Below, piece after piece: positions 11,229 to 23,646 of a stretch of 64,000 nucleotides of DNA. The stretch's first letter is position 1, and each line of letters starts with the position of its first letter. Source of the DNA: an uncultured Methanosarcinaceae archaeon (GTDB lineage Archaea; Halobacteriota; Methanosarcinia; Methanosarcinales; Methanosarcinaceae); the NCBI GenBank assembly GCA_963833425.1, contig CAWHXP010000002.1, positions 160,001 through 224,000 of the forward strand, read 5' to 3'. The notes under the pieces were generated by a model. That model made no database searches. It was not told the DNA's origin and worked only from the letters and a program-made list of their open reading frames with translations. Both the position numbers and the translations under genes were made by a program.

Positions 11229-12182
11229 TCATATTAGTACATTTCTAACAGATTCCAAAATCTTGTCTATGTATTTTGCTGTTGCATTTTTCAGGTCCAT
11301 AGGATGTACTCTTTCTGCAACAAAATCGTTCTCCATTTCGTAGTAACTGGTGTATGTCAGGTTCCCACCGAACTTTTCAGGTCTCTCTATGACAACAGTC
11401 TCATATCTGGGGAAAATATGATAGCGTAAAATAGCAAGAATCGGGTTGTTTTCCAAGTCTCCTACTTTACAGTAGGCTTTCTTTAACTTTCTGTAAATCT
11501 CTTCTCCAGTATCGTCCACTGAAATGAAATTATCCTTTGAAGAAGACATCTTGGTTCCGTCCAATCCTATGAGAATTGGAGTATGAATGCAGACAGGTGT
11601 TTTGAATCCAATACTTTTTAAGTTTTCACGGGCAAGCATATGGATTTTCCTCTGGTCAATACCACCAACAGCAATATCAACTTTGAGCATCGCAATGTCA
11701 ACAGCCTGCATAAGGGGATATACCATCTGAGAGACCGTGGGGTCATCCATAGCACGCCCAACTTCATCCATACTCCTGCGCGCCCTATTAAGTGTTACTG
11801 TCCTCGAAAGCTTGAGAACATTTAACATGTAATCTGCACCAAACTGATAGTCTGAACCATATACAAAATCAGTTTCCTTTTCATCAAGACCGAGAGCAAC
11901 AAAGCAACGTCTGTTATAGTCTGCAATTTTCCGGACATCTTCAAGTGTGCCTTTTCTATTCAGATAAGCATGTACATCTGCAAGCAGGACAATGACCTTG
12001 AATCCTGCTTTTTGCAAATCAATTAACTTATTTACTGTAAGAACATGGCCCATATGAATTTTCCCGCTTGGCTCATATCCTACATAGGCACGTGGAGCTT
12101 TTTTTTGATTAAGAAGTTCTCCAAGTTCTACTTCTGTTACAATTTCCTGAACGTTTCTTTTCACAAGTTCGAGTCTATACAT
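11229..12182 (-). CDS. tyrS: Tyrosine--tRNA ligase (archaeal type)
   Basis: YVGYEPSGKIHMGH (HIGH), YPLMQAVD, GGIDQRKIH and KMSSS motifs. Confidence 0.97.
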   Translation of the reverse strand: MYRLELVKRNVQEIVTEVELGELLNQKKAPRAYVGYEPSGKIHMGHVLTVNKLIDLQKAGFKVIVLLADVHAYLNRKGTLEDVRKIADYNRRCFVALGLDEKETDFVYGSDYQFGADYMLNVLKLSRTVTLNRARRSMDEVGRAMDDPTVSQMVYPLMQAVDIAMLKVDIAVGGIDQRKIHMLARENLKSIGFKTPVCIHTPILIGLDGTKMSSSKDNFISVDDTGEEIYRKLKKAYCKVGDLENNPILAILRYHIFPRYETVVIERPEKFGGNLTYTSYYEMENDFVAERVHPMDLKNATAKYIDKILESVRNVLI

Positions 12183-12962
12183 CGCCTTACATTCCTTACG
12201 TTATTTTCTTATCTTCAAAAACTAAATTTAGATTAATAAGTTTATCTAGAAGTGTTATTTCATTTTTTAATTTGGATTTAGCGATTCCCAAATTGCGAGT
12301 GACTTTTCTGCACAGAGATTTAGTCTCCTCGCCAAAAATCGGTTTAGAGCAAGAGGTTCATGAATCGTTGTATAAATGAGAATTTATCTCCTCTTCCAAC
12401 TAGAAGTCGTGCAAGGTTAGTCCCCGTTTCAAAAAACATTTAATGGATTTTCCATTCTTTTTTCTTTTCAGATTTTAAACTTCACATTATCCGTTACTTT
12501 TTATACATCAGAGCATAGTAACTCGATATATAAAAAAAATTTGCAAGGATCCAAAATATCTCAAATGAAAATGAGAAGGAATTTTCCTCCTTTTGAAGGA
12601 CAAATATTCTGGAATCAAAAGCCAAAGATTTTTCAAGCCACAGATCTATATTAATGGAGCTTCCTAGAAAGCTTTCTACAATATAGTCAATTTTACTACT
12701 TTACTTCAAATGAAAGATCTGTAAACACAAAACTGATTTCATCCGAAAAAGTTTAAGGCAAAGAGAGGGCCTAAACTACTTTTCTAACGAAAAGTATGGC
12801 ATTATTCGCCATCTTCCTGGTGAAGTTTGGGTCATAGAGTTTCTTAAACCCAGGCACAAGAGCTTATTTCTTGATACCTAATATCAGCGCGCACAACCAC
12901 AGGAGGGATACAGCGCATTTCAACAAAGATTTCCATATTTTTAATTTATCGTTCAAAAATTA

Positions 12963-13223
12963 TCAGTCTTCTTTTCGTTTTTTGTATCTTTGGACAACAT
13001 CTCTTATTATAATAATATCTGCCGCGGTTATGACCCACCGGTAAGGAATAATTACACCTCTGGTGGTCAGGTCAAAAAGTTCTTTATTAATATCAGAAAC
13101 AGCAAGCCCAGTAATCTTCTGATCATCTATATCAATTACAAGGTCCTGTAGCTTTCCTACATAAACACCGGTATTTGTGTATATGCTTAAACCAAAAAGT
13201 GATGTAAGTTCTGCGCGCATCAT
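12963..13223 (-). CDS. PRC-barrel domain protein
   Basis: GLSIYTNTGVYVGKLQDLVID...IIPYRWV...DIIII pattern. Confidence 0.85.
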   Translation of the reverse strand: MMRAELTSLFGLSIYTNTGVYVGKLQDLVIDIDDQKITGLAVSDINKELFDLTTRGVIIPYRWVITAADIIIIRDVVQRYKKRKED

Positions 13224-14430
13224 ATCCCTGCTTTGTAAATTTATTTCATTCTTTCTCCTAACCTTATATGAAAAACATGCTTATATATCTTACAGTTTTA
13301 CTGTCTCATAATTACTGTTTTCGTTCATCTTTCAGGTGATAATGAATTTTCAATCTGCTTTTTATTAAAGTATTCTTATCTGAGTAATGTGAGGAAAGGT
13401 AATTCAACTTTTTAAAATCCAATCTCCAAAATTTAAGTTCAGAAACGATAATTTTAATTATATTAAGTTGCCTTCGTATTTATTCGTTCAACTATGGAAT
13501 TCTTAATTATTATTTTTTTTTCATTATACATTTATAGTAAACTAATAAATAAATTACACTTTTGATAATCAATTATGCTTTCGAACTTAATTACTTGTGC
13601 TTGGTCATTGGAAATTCTATAGAAAAAGAAAAAGCAGAATTACAAGAAAAAATGTTCAAGTATTTCCTTTATTCAGTGTTTTCTGTGCTTTCCAAGATTT
13701 ATCTCTGAGTTTAGGATCCGTGGAGCAAGGTAACCATTTAGATTACCAAAAATCAGTTGTAGATATCTATTTTGACGCAATAGATCTTTTTGACTGTACA
13801 CGGATTGAAAAATAAAAATCAATGTTCTTGGCCACGGTTAACTTAAAATACGCCTACCTAAATTTGCTACCGAATCCTAGTGAAGAGGTATATTGGGATT
13901 TTTTACTCAGAATGGATAGTCACAAAGAAATTTTAGTATTTTATCACGAATTTATTTTTTTCTCATTTTGTAAAGTGTCGATTTTTGCTGTGAGGGCCAT
14001 TTTAGAGTAAATCTGTTTAAGTTCATGAGAACGCAAACATTCTTTATAATGAAAGTCTGTAATAAACTCACAAATCAATAAAAATTTCCGAGAATATCTA
14101 TACTTTAATCATGATTATTCATACTTCAGTCACTCAAAATTCCACAATAATGGAAATAAACCGAAATAAAAGGAAAAATTATTTCCTTATTCTATTTTTT
14201 TCGTGCTCTAAGTGATCCAAATTTGTATTATGTCTAAGAGAAATGTGTGTATCTGATGATAAATCCATTTTTCCTAGATTTTTAAATATTAATTTTTATT
14301 GAGATGACTATAATTATGATGACATGAAACGCTTAAATGGGCGACGACTCGAATTTAAATAATTGAAGGGAATATGATATGTTGGTAGATATTTTTGATA
14401 CCAGTCAGTTTCAATAAAAAATTTTGCCTC

Positions 14431-15180
14431 TCAAGCATTTAGAGCCTTTTCAACCATTTTAGGATAAGTGAGCTCCAAAATAGTTTTCAGATTAACTATA
14501 TCCTCTTTATTATATTTAATAAGTTTGGCTAGCGCATTTTTGTCTCCTCTCTCATATTGTCTCCAGAGCCTTACGGCATCAAATCCTGTCATACATACAG
14601 TATCTTCACTTCGGGATATCCCGAGTATCTTTTCAATATTTTTGAGGCCACCTTTATATCCTATTCGCCTTAGAGGATACAAAAGATCTATATGGAGCTG
14701 TTTGAATTCTATTTCAGGAAATTCGGACCTTATGAAAGGAATATCAAAACGAGCGCCATTGAAGGATACAAGTAGCCTGTATTTTGAAAATTCATCCACA
14801 ATATCATCAAGATTTATGTTCTTTACATATGTCTTAGACTCTCTACCATCATAAATTCCAACAACGGTTATTTTATCTCTACGCTGAGAAAGCCCAGTTG
14901 TCTCAATATCCACAAATGCTACAGACTCGGAAAACAGAGGGTAGGTCCTCCAGTGTTCAGCAGGAGGAAGACACTGAGAAAAATAATAATAATCTTTTGC
15001 TGCCAGACGCTCGGAAGACTTCTTAATCCCCTCACAAATTATTGCTTTTCGAGTAGGAGGTATTGAGATTCTATCTCCCATCTCAAGAAATTCTTCCCAT
15101 GTATGTATTCCTTGAGCCCAGATCTTCTGTTCAAGGCCTTTCCCTACACCAGGAATATGAATATATGTATTATTTAGCAT
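14431..15180 (-). CDS. RNase H-like / DnaQ-type exonuclease domain protein (YprB-like) with N-terminal HhH
   Basis: IPGVG HhH; FVDIETTG, FNGARFD, HIDL and YNKEDI acidic motifs. Confidence 0.85.
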   Translation of the reverse strand: MLNNTYIHIPGVGKGLEQKIWAQGIHTWEEFLEMGDRISIPPTRKAIICEGIKKSSERLAAKDYYYFSQCLPPAEHWRTYPLFSESVAFVDIETTGLSQRRDKITVVGIYDGRESKTYVKNINLDDIVDEFSKYRLLVSFNGARFDIPFIRSEFPEIEFKQLHIDLLYPLRRIGYKGGLKNIEKILGISRSEDTVCMTGFDAVRLWRQYERGDKNALAKLIKYNKEDIVNLKTILELTYPKMVEKALNA

Positions 15181-16189
15181 ATTTTACCTTGGATAATTTG
15201 GAATAATATTTTATAAAAATGCTGCTTGAAGTCAGAGGATATTCAAAAGCTGTAACTATCCATCCTTGACGCCTAGATTAATAGCTACCTTTACTAAGAT
15301 TCATTGAGTAAATTTATGTAGGCTTATTTTTCTCCAATCGAATACCCTGCAGCAATCTGAGGGGATGTATACTTTCCCTAGAATCTTTATCAACTAGCCA
15401 ATTAATATTTTAACCGACTTTCTGCAAATGTACACGGATATATATTTGTTTGTCTATTTGTCCACAATGATTTATTGAAAATCCGATTGATTTTTAAGCT
15501 ACTGTCATATTGAGAAAAGATATGACATTTTTGGTACGTCTGCGGAAAATGGGATACGATTCTTTTAACTTTGAATTTTTGCAAGTTTATCAAACGATTT
15601 AACCTTAGAAGAAATGTATAATAAGTATTTTATTACAGTCAAATACTCACAGATTGTTGTGATGATGAAAACTTCCAAAAGAACCGTTATTAATTAACTG
15701 CATTATCATTTAAAACCTTTTTATGATATTTCATACAAAAAAAACCATATGATATCTAATTTCTTAGACTAATGGTTTACATATCTTAATTTCACCTACA
15801 GCAAAAGGTAATTGAGGATTAAATCAGCTATTTAACGACGGTTACCTTGAAAGTTGAATCTCTGCAGTAAGCCGCAGGATATTCGAATTAAATAAAAAAT
15901 AGCATTGTCATCCACAAATATACCGAATAGTTACAATAGGATATCACATAGCTTTTTAGGGAATATAATAACTTTTTTTAGACTATCAAAGACTGACTAT
16001 TTGAGACTGGTTTCGTACTCAATGATTATGTGGACAAAAACGTAGATAATTTTGACATTGATCACAAGCTTATCAACTACTGAGGCCTTTTAAAGAGCCC
16101 AGTTGGCATAAAATATCATATAAAATCAGCAAAAATTTTAAATAAAATAAAACCGTTCGAGAAAACTGCATATGAGAAAATAATTATTT

Positions 16190-16519
16190 GATGAAGTAAA
16201 AAAGAAACGGGTTATTTTTCTGGCAATCTTATTTGTAGTGATATTAGCAACTGTAACGGTGAGCGCATTCGAGTCAACAAATGCAAATTATTCTGTAAAA
16301 ATGATAAAGATTGCAGTGAGTACAATCAGGGATATCACAATGGATATTAGAAAGGATATCAAGATGGTTTTATTGATGTAAAAAATCGTCAAGGAGCACG
16401 CATATTTTCTATGAAATGTTTTACAGTATTCTTCTGGATACTATTGAGGACGCTCTAATGGCTACAGACTCGGATATAATCAGGGATATGCTAATGGGAA
16501 AAAACACGTCATTAATTAG
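16190..16519 (+). pseudogene. Decayed small secreted protein with GY-rich repeats
   Basis: KKKRVIFLAILFVVILATVTVSA leader, then frameshifted YNQGYHNGY*KGYQDG and NGYRLGYNQGYANG. Confidence 0.55.
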
Positions 16520-17148
16520 TATCAACGACAGTTAAGAATCCTCCATTTTTGGTGGTTTAAAATTTCCAAGTTCTTAATTCTTGAGAGAAGTTAGAGGATT
16601 GCAAATAATGCTGAAAATATAGAAATGGCTAGTGATACGAGATTTATATGCACAAGGCTTGAGCATTAATTGAATAAGTGAATTGCCCCTTTATTACAAG
16701 ATTGTGTTTTCAGCCCGAACTTGGGTATATATATGATCCTCACAGCAATTAATTTTCCAAGTTATGTAACTATTTAACTTGGATAAAACAACATCAATGG
16801 TCATCTTTATTGAGATCAATTGACAAATTTCAGTGAGCTGATTTTCTTTCATGTATCTTCGGTTAAGCGAGGAATCGTGCTAAATTACACTGATTTCCAC
16901 AAAAGTTAATTAAAAGTATTCATTGATATTACGCTGTGACAAGATGCCTATTTCAGTTTTAGTACTCAAATTTGTGACTAATTTTTGTTTCAATTTGAAA
17001 TTGATAGCATTAGAATTTATTAGATTTTACATATGTGTTTCTTACAATTTATATTTCATTTACAGAATAAATTGTTGAAAATTTGTATATTCTTATATAT
17101 AATAGAACGATTGAGTCAAGATAAGTATGGGGAGCTTGATCCTAGAAT

Positions 17149-17180
17149 ATGCATAGTTTTTGTATCAAAAACTTGTGCAT
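17149..17180. repeat. 31-bp palindromic site family copy (1-nt insertion in right arm)
   Basis: ATGCATAGTTTTT-GTATC-AAAAACTTGTGCAT. Confidence 0.75.
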
Positions 17181-17481
17181 TTACTCTTCACCCAAAATCG
17201 AGAAAATTGTTATCTAAAATAGAGAATGTAAACAGTTTTTACTAAAACATATATTACAACTTAAAAATAAAAATGTTACTTTTAAACCCCTTATGGGGGA
17301 AAACCCATCAAAAATTCTCTATAGAATGATTTCTTGATATTAGTCATTTTGCAGAAAAATCAACACATAGACAATTATCATTGCTGTATAATCTTTGTTA
17401 ATAGTAGAAAATTCGCGAAATTGATCAAAACAATTTTAATAATAAAATGTTCATATAGATAATTGGCAATTTATATAACAT

Positions 17482-18126
17482 ATGTTAAAAGCAGTTATTT
17501 TTGATGTTGACGGAGTTCTTGTAGACTCCATGCGCTTTCATGCGGATGCTTGGAAGACTGTTTTTTATGAAGTTGGTATTAATATTACTAGGGAAGATAT
17601 TTATGAGCTAGAAGGCTCAAACGAGAGAGCGATAATTAAAACAATTTTTGAAAAAGATGGAAAAAAACCTGAACCCTGGCATTTCGAGTATTTGGTTAAT
17701 AAGAAACGTGAAGTATTTGAGTTTGATCAGATAAAACCATTTAAAAATATTCAAGATTGCCTCAAGAAGTTAAAAAGGTATTTCAATCTCGCTGCAGTTT
17801 CCGGGTCAAGCCGCAAAGTGGTTGAAAAAGTTATGAATACGTTTTTTTCAGGTTTTTTTGAAGTTATTATCACCGGAGACGATTTGGAGCGGGGAAAACC
17901 TAACCCAGCTCCCTTCCTTAAAGCCCTTGCAAAACTTGACATTACTAAAAATGAATGCATTGTAATTGAGAATTCACCTTTGGGTATCACTGCCGCTAAA
18001 AGAGCTGAAATTTATTGTGTTGCGGTCGCAAGCACACTTGGACCTGATAAATTACAACATGCAGATCTTGTGTTCAGAGATCACACTGCCCTTTTTGACT
18101 TTCTGAAAAAATTTATCCAAAAATAG
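17482..18126 (+). CDS. HAD-superfamily phosphatase (beta-phosphoglucomutase-like)
   Basis: FDVDGVLVDS motif I, SGS motif II, KPNP motif III, ENSPLG motif IV. Confidence 0.92.
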   Translation: MLKAVIFDVDGVLVDSMRFHADAWKTVFYEVGINITREDIYELEGSNERAIIKTIFEKDGKKPEPWHFEYLVNKKREVFEFDQIKPFKNIQDCLKKLKRYFNLAAVSGSSRKVVEKVMNTFFSGFFEVIITGDDLERGKPNPAPFLKALAKLDITKNECIVIENSPLGITAAKRAEIYCVAVASTLGPDKLQHADLVFRDHTALFDFLKKFIQK

Positions 18127-18610
18127 ATTCTTAAGTTTCAGAATTATTTTCTACATTTCTTCCTAAAAGATAAACCTCGCAGAAAGTGAGATATTAGAGC
18201 AAATATGTGACTTTTCTGGATAAACATCAACTCGTTATTGATGGACCACCAAATTTTTTGAACAAAAATATTTAACCAAGATTTGACAGAATCATAAATG
18301 TCAGAATATATAAATTGGCTTTATGTTTCTATTTTGTTCATATCCACTCTCTTCAGATGTACACAAAAATGCCATATAACATCTCAATATGATAGTAGCT
18401 TAAAAATTAAACTGATTTAAATAAATTAGTGAGCAAATAGGCAAACAACTTCTACATCTGTGTACATCTATGGAAAATGAAAGTATAGCTATATTCGGTC
18501 AGATTTCATTTACCAAAAAAAAAATATACATAAAAAATATGTAAAATCTGAAAAGGTTCAAGATTCGGAAAATCACAAAACGTATAAAATGAAACTAGAA
18601 GGTTCTAACT

Positions 18611-19885
18611 ATGGCCGAGATAAAAATTGACAGGTCTCTCTCATATATTGAAGGTACACAGCGAGTGTATGATGAAACTACAACCTTGGAAAATACAAAA
18701 GATAAGATAAAAAAGATAGGTGTTACCCGAATTGCAGACATTACAAACCTGGATAGGTTAGGAATCCCTATTTTTTCGGCAATCCGCCCAAGTGCCGCTC
18801 AGGGAGCGATCAGTATATACTCAGGCAAGGGTTCGACTGAGCAGAGAGCTCGGATTTCGACTATAATGGAGAGTTTTGAGCGCTGTCTAGCAGAAAAACC
18901 GGGCCTGAATGAAAACATCGCAGAAGACATTTCCGCCCCATCTCTAGTCGAATCCTATGCTAAAGCCATCGAAAACTTCAATGTACTGGATCCAAAAACC
19001 CTCCTTCTGCCTCAGCCCTATATTCCCCAATCCCTACTTGAATGGGTGAAAGCTTACGATTTAATAAATGAGGAAGAAGTTTTCGTAAGCGCAAATGCGG
19101 TTTACCATCCATACGACGCACCAGGTCAATGTCAGAAACTTTTCCTGAGTAATACCAATGGGCTAGCATCTGGGAATGTAATTGAAGAAGCTATCCTGCA
19201 TGGAATGCTTGAGGTCATAGAAAGAGATGCAATTAGTATAGCTCAGTTTACCCGCAACCTTGGGAAAGAAATATTGCTGACTAAAGAAGATGGATATCTC
19301 TACGAGTTTGCCAGAAAGTTCAAAGACGCGGAAATAGAATTGAAGATCTGGCTTGTTCCCACAGAAACCGGAATTCCAACAGTGATTGCAGTAACCGACG
19401 ACTTAAAATTGAAAGATCCCGCTCTTCTAGTAATGGGAGCAGGCTCCCACCTAAAACCTGAAACTGCGGTTGTAAGGGCCATAACTGAAGCTGCTCAATC
19501 GAGGGTGGTTCAGATCCAGGGAGCAAGGGAGGATACGGATAGAGAAGGTTTTATTAGAGGTATAGGGTACGATCGAATGAAACGCTTGAACTCTTTCTGG
19601 TTCGAAGATGGAGAAAAAGTTTCCCTTTCTGAAGTGCAAGATCTATCCAGAAAAAGTCCTGCAGAAAACATCGACTTGATACTCGACAAGCTCCGGGATC
19701 TTGCTGAAAAAGTGCTAGTAGTGGACCTCTCAAGGAAAGAAGTTGGAGTTCCGGTTGTTAGAGTAATTATCCCTGGCTTTGAGCTTTTCACTATTGATCG
19801 TGACAGAAAGGGAAAAAGAATGGCTTCAGGGCAGAAAAAAAATTTTTTTAGGGACAGAAATGATAAGCCATGGAAAAGACTATGA
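18611..19885 (+). CDS. ycaO: YcaO-family McrA-glycine thioamidation protein (methanogenesis marker 1)
   Basis: SGKG, MESFER, SNTNGLASGN, EVIERD, EAAQSR and PVVRVIIPG motifs; overlaps tfuA. Confidence 0.93.
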   Translation: MAEIKIDRSLSYIEGTQRVYDETTTLENTKDKIKKIGVTRIADITNLDRLGIPIFSAIRPSAAQGAISIYSGKGSTEQRARISTIMESFERCLAEKPGLNENIAEDISAPSLVESYAKAIENFNVLDPKTLLLPQPYIPQSLLEWVKAYDLINEEEVFVSANAVYHPYDAPGQCQKLFLSNTNGLASGNVIEEAILHGMLEVIERDAISIAQFTRNLGKEILLTKEDGYLYEFARKFKDAEIELKIWLVPTETGIPTVIAVTDDLKLKDPALLVMGAGSHLKPETAVVRAITEAAQSRVVQIQGAREDTDREGFIRGIGYDRMKRLNSFWFEDGEKVSLSEVQDLSRKSPAENIDLILDKLRDLAEKVLVVDLSRKEVGVPVVRVIIPGFELFTIDRDRKGKRMASGQKKNFFRDRNDKPWKRL

Positions 19886-20541
19886 AATCAAGAGCTGTAA
19901 TTTTTACAGGCAACAGCATCAGCCACGAGGATGCAAAAAAAATATTGAGGGTAAATTACCAACCTCCTGTATGCAGATTTCAGCTTGAAATATTCGTCCA
20001 GAAAGGATATAATATCATAGGGATCATAGACGGAATTTTTTTTGACAGGGCTGCAGTAGGACACAGGGAGATTATATCCGCCCTCAATGCAGGAGTAAAA
20101 GTTATCGGAGGCTCCAGTATGGGAGCCCTCCGAGCCTCTGAACTAGATACCTACGGGATGATAGGAATAGGAAAAGTTTACGAATGTTACAGAGACGGGG
20201 TATTTGAATCAGATGATGAGATAGCAGTTAGTACTAATCCTGATACTTTCGAGCCCATTTCCGTGCCTCTGGTCAACATAAGAGAAACCTTGAAAGTCGC
20301 TGTGGCTTCTGGAATTCTAAGTAAAAAAGAGCATAATGATCTCCTGGAGCTTGCGGTTAACACATATTACCCGGACAGAAGCTATCTTGGACTTATAAAA
20401 GAAGGAACAAAAAGAGGCCTGGTCCCGGAAGAAAAGAGAAAATCAATTCTAGATTTTTGTATCGTCAGAGAAATTGACGTGAAAAAGGAAGATGCAATCC
20501 TCGTGCTTGAAACAGTGAAAAAGCTGATAGAAGATACCTGA
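19870..20541 (+). CDS. tfuA: TfuA-related McrA thioamidation protein
   Basis: IIDGIFF, VGHREI, GGSSMGALRASEL, DDEIAV and SVPLVNIR motifs; true start may be the second Met. Confidence 0.93.
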   Translation: MEKTMKSRAVIFTGNSISHEDAKKILRVNYQPPVCRFQLEIFVQKGYNIIGIIDGIFFDRAAVGHREIISALNAGVKVIGGSSMGALRASELDTYGMIGIGKVYECYRDGVFESDDEIAVSTNPDTFEPISVPLVNIRETLKVAVASGILSKKEHNDLLELAVNTYYPDRSYLGLIKEGTKRGLVPEEKRKSILDFCIVREIDVKKEDAILVLETVKKLIEDT

Positions 20542-20787
20542 TGATTAAGATTTCTTTAAAATAGCATTATTGACTCTCAAAAACTATTTTTCAATGCATT
20601 GTTTTATTTTAGTTTAGCGATTCAGTTTCAAATTTTCTTCATGATTTAATAGCTTTTTTCAACGCTTTAATATTAGAGTTTGATAATGTAAAGGTTCAAA
20701 GCGTGACAAGTCAGTTGGAGATAAACTTACTGCAATTGCTTTTTTAGTCCTTTTCTTCACTATAAAAAAGAGATTTTGTCTATAACG

Positions 20788-20818
20788 GCACAGAGGTTTT
20801 GTGATAAAATCTATGTAT
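20788..20818. repeat. 31-bp palindromic site family copy
   Basis: GCACAGAGGTTTT-GTGAT-AAAATCTATGTAT. Confidence 0.7.
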
Positions 20819-21695
20819 TTTATCAGTTTCAGCCAAAATAGTAGGGGCATTTTTATCTAAATTTAGGATAAGTACATATATTTTACAAAAATAACTGCAT
20901 TATTAACCGACTTTCCACAGATCCCCTTTTGATTTTAACAATCTTTCTGTTATCGCTCTTTATGAAAATCACCTTTGCTACTCAAACATGGGTTTTTGAA
21001 ATGTCCAACAACTTTCAACCCTTCTACTTCATTGAAAAGTTTTGACTTCCATTCCCCAAAATTTGAAGTAGAATAATTCTTTACATTTGTTCAATAACCC
21101 AGGAACATGGCCCTAAATTTAAAGATTCTTACTTTAAAAAAATTGTGTTGATAACAGCTCTTATCAGACCTTTAAAAGTTTGATTTTAAAACATTCTATG
21201 AGAAAGTAATTTTTATTCAGAAATTATTTTTTATTGAGTTAATTTAAAGTAATAATATACGAAATAGTACACTGTAGCTACCGAAAATCAACAAAAAATT
21301 AGGGATTATTGAAAAAGTCTATAGCAACTAAATATATATGCAATTTATAATTTTTGAGTCAAAAATGAGTAGATGGGTAGGAAGATAAAAAATTTTGTGT
21401 TATACCTAATAATAGTTGATATGATATCAAGATCTGGCGGTGCTACAATAGTAAAAGCCAAAGATTGAGGGATAATATGTGGGGTGGAGAGGACGAAAGA
21501 ATTTTAGACAAAATTCAAGATTCACTTAACAAATATGGAAATTCGTGAGTAGTCAGTGATACAAGCATGTCTTTGCTCCCACATACATTTCTTAATTTTT
21601 TTATTCTAATCGTTTAGGTCGTGTATTAATTTAAGAACGAATGTTTCTAAAAGGATTTCAGCTACTTGAAATTGGAAATTTAGGAGAATCTAGAT

Positions 21696-22235
21696 ATGAA
21701 AAAGCATATATTTCAAAAAATAAACAGAAAAATAGCTATTCTGTTGTCAGCCTTCTTTGTAGTTTCATTGACAGCAGTATCAATAGGCTCATCTTCTACA
21801 ACTCAATCAGTAACAAGTTTTGTTGATCCATATCAATATAAGTTGACAGGCCATGGCATAAACGTGATATATACCCCTATGGGTCCAGGTGCTGTACCAA
21901 ATTTAATCTATAAAGATAGAGTTGGAACAAAACATTTCATTGGTAAAAATATTACCATCGTTAGCGTAGAGAACCTTGGAACTGTAGTTGAAGTTACTCT
22001 TGATAGCAGATTGGTGGGAGTTGGCTGGTCTAAAACATCCTTCGCTTTTATATTGCCGGTATTCAATCACGAAGATCTAAATAGAACTAGAACCCCAATA
22101 CCGATCCATACAATAGGTATTAAAACGAATTACAGGGAGGGGGGTGCAACTCTTCCAGTCCACCAAATTGGGACGTCGATTGACACATACAACTTAAAAG
22201 GTACGGCATCTAAACCTCGGATTAACCCGCTTTAA
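21696..22235 (+). CDS. Secreted hypothetical protein (signal peptide plus beta-rich domain)
   Basis: 179-aa ORF, upstream AGGAG, leader RKIAILLSAFFVVSLTAVS. Confidence 0.75.
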   Translation: MKKHIFQKINRKIAILLSAFFVVSLTAVSIGSSSTTQSVTSFVDPYQYKLTGHGINVIYTPMGPGAVPNLIYKDRVGTKHFIGKNITIVSVENLGTVVEVTLDSRLVGVGWSKTSFAFILPVFNHEDLNRTRTPIPIHTIGIKTNYREGGATLPVHQIGTSIDTYNLKGTASKPRINPL

Positions 22236-22494
22236 ACATCGGGTTGATCATCTCACTAACTACAAAAACAATATTTTATGGTAGTTAACTTCATGTTGAT
22301 AGTTGGAATCACAATGCATAATTTAAAAGGGTTAGTCATCTAATTTCCAGGGCAATAATGATATTCTTTAAGGTAATCTATATTGCCCTATTTCTTTTTG
22401 CGTCTTCAACAGCACTTATTACTCGGGCCTTCGTTGAAATTAATGGGAATCAGTAGTTTTGCTGACAAATATTATATTTAGATTGTTCTCACTG

Positions 22495-22525
22495 ATGCAT
22501 AGGTTTTGACACAAAAACTGCGCAT
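22495..22525. repeat. 31-bp palindromic site family copy
   Basis: ATGCATAGGTTTT-GACAC-AAAAACTGCGCAT. Confidence 0.85.
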
Positions 22526-22715
22526 TAAAAGGTTGTACTTAAGCATATTGATCACTAATTCTCAAATTTTGGGAATATTGAATGTATCGAATCTATGACT
22601 TTTTCGTATTTTTATAGAATATTACGCGCATGCTTCCTGATCTATTAGAAAAGTCAAATTAATCACAATTTTTATAGAAATTTATTTCAATCCTTTTGCA
22701 GTTAAGTGATCTCAT

Positions 22716-23573
22716 ATGACCGAGAAAAAAATTGATGAATCTTCACTCAAAAACAAAGGTTTTCTGTCTCAGAGACAAGAAAATATGTTTTCAATGCGGC
22801 TTAAAGTTGTAGGTGGAATGGTAAATGCCAATAAACTACGGGCAATTGCGGATGCTGCAGAGAAATACGGCTCTGGTTACATCCATTTAACTTCAAGGCA
22901 ACAGATTGAAGTTCCATTTGTCAAACTTGAAGATGCGGAAAAAGCGAGTTCTGAGCTTGAAATGCAGGGGATTTTCGGAGGTTCTTCTGGGAAAAGAGTA
23001 CGGGCAATTGTTGCTTGTCATGGGAACACTGTCTGTAAATATGGATTAATTGACTGCCAGAAACTTGCTTCCAAGATCGATGAGAAATATTTCGGAGAAT
23101 CTGTCCCTAAAAAACTCAAGATTGCGATCACAGGCTGCCCTTCTGCCTGTGTAAAACCCCAAGATAATGATTTTGGAATTATGGGTGTTACAAAACCTGA
23201 AATTTTCGAAGAGGATTGTATTGGTTGTGGGCTCTGTGAAAAAGCTTGTAAAATGGAAGCAGTAACAATCAAAGATGAAAAAGTAAGGATTAACAGAGAG
23301 AAGTGCGTTCTTTGCGGAGCTTGTATTACAGCTTGTCGGAAAGATGCATTGAGAGCGGGAAAAATTGGATATACGATTTTTGTTGGAGGTAGTATGGGAC
23401 GCAAGCCAAGGCACGGAATAAAATTTATTGAACTTGTGGATGAGGAGCAGCTTTTTTCAATCCTGAAAAAAACTATTGATTATTACAGAAAAGAGAGTCT
23501 TGACGGAGAAAGGGTAGGAGAACTTTTTGACAGGCTTGGAATTGAAAAATATAGGAAAGAAATTCTTTCCTAA
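22716..23573 (+). CDS. Siroheme sulfite/nitrite reductase-like protein (Dsr-LP/AsrC-like) with 2x[4Fe-4S] ferredoxin insert
   Basis: HLTSRQ, CHGNTVC (Cx5C), GCPSAC (Cx3C) and two CxxCxxCxxxC motifs. Confidence 0.9.
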   Translation: MTEKKIDESSLKNKGFLSQRQENMFSMRLKVVGGMVNANKLRAIADAAEKYGSGYIHLTSRQQIEVPFVKLEDAEKASSELEMQGIFGGSSGKRVRAIVACHGNTVCKYGLIDCQKLASKIDEKYFGESVPKKLKIAITGCPSACVKPQDNDFGIMGVTKPEIFEEDCIGCGLCEKACKMEAVTIKDEKVRINREKCVLCGACITACRKDALRAGKIGYTIFVGGSMGRKPRHGIKFIELVDEEQLFSILKKTIDYYRKESLDGERVGELFDRLGIEKYRKEILS

Positions 23574-23646
23574 AAATATCCGAAAATTTATGTATTTAAT
23601 TAACTATAATAAAATCTATCTGGCTAGTATATAATTAAATCAGATA

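Noticed and set aside
12840..12930. GC-richer patch downstream of the PRC-barrel gene as an ncRNA
   Set aside because: No convincing tRNA, C/D box or SRP features.
18611..20541. YcaO-TfuA as a novel thioamitide RiPP cluster
   Set aside because: No adjacent precursor peptide or tailoring enzymes; it fits the known McrA-modifying pair.
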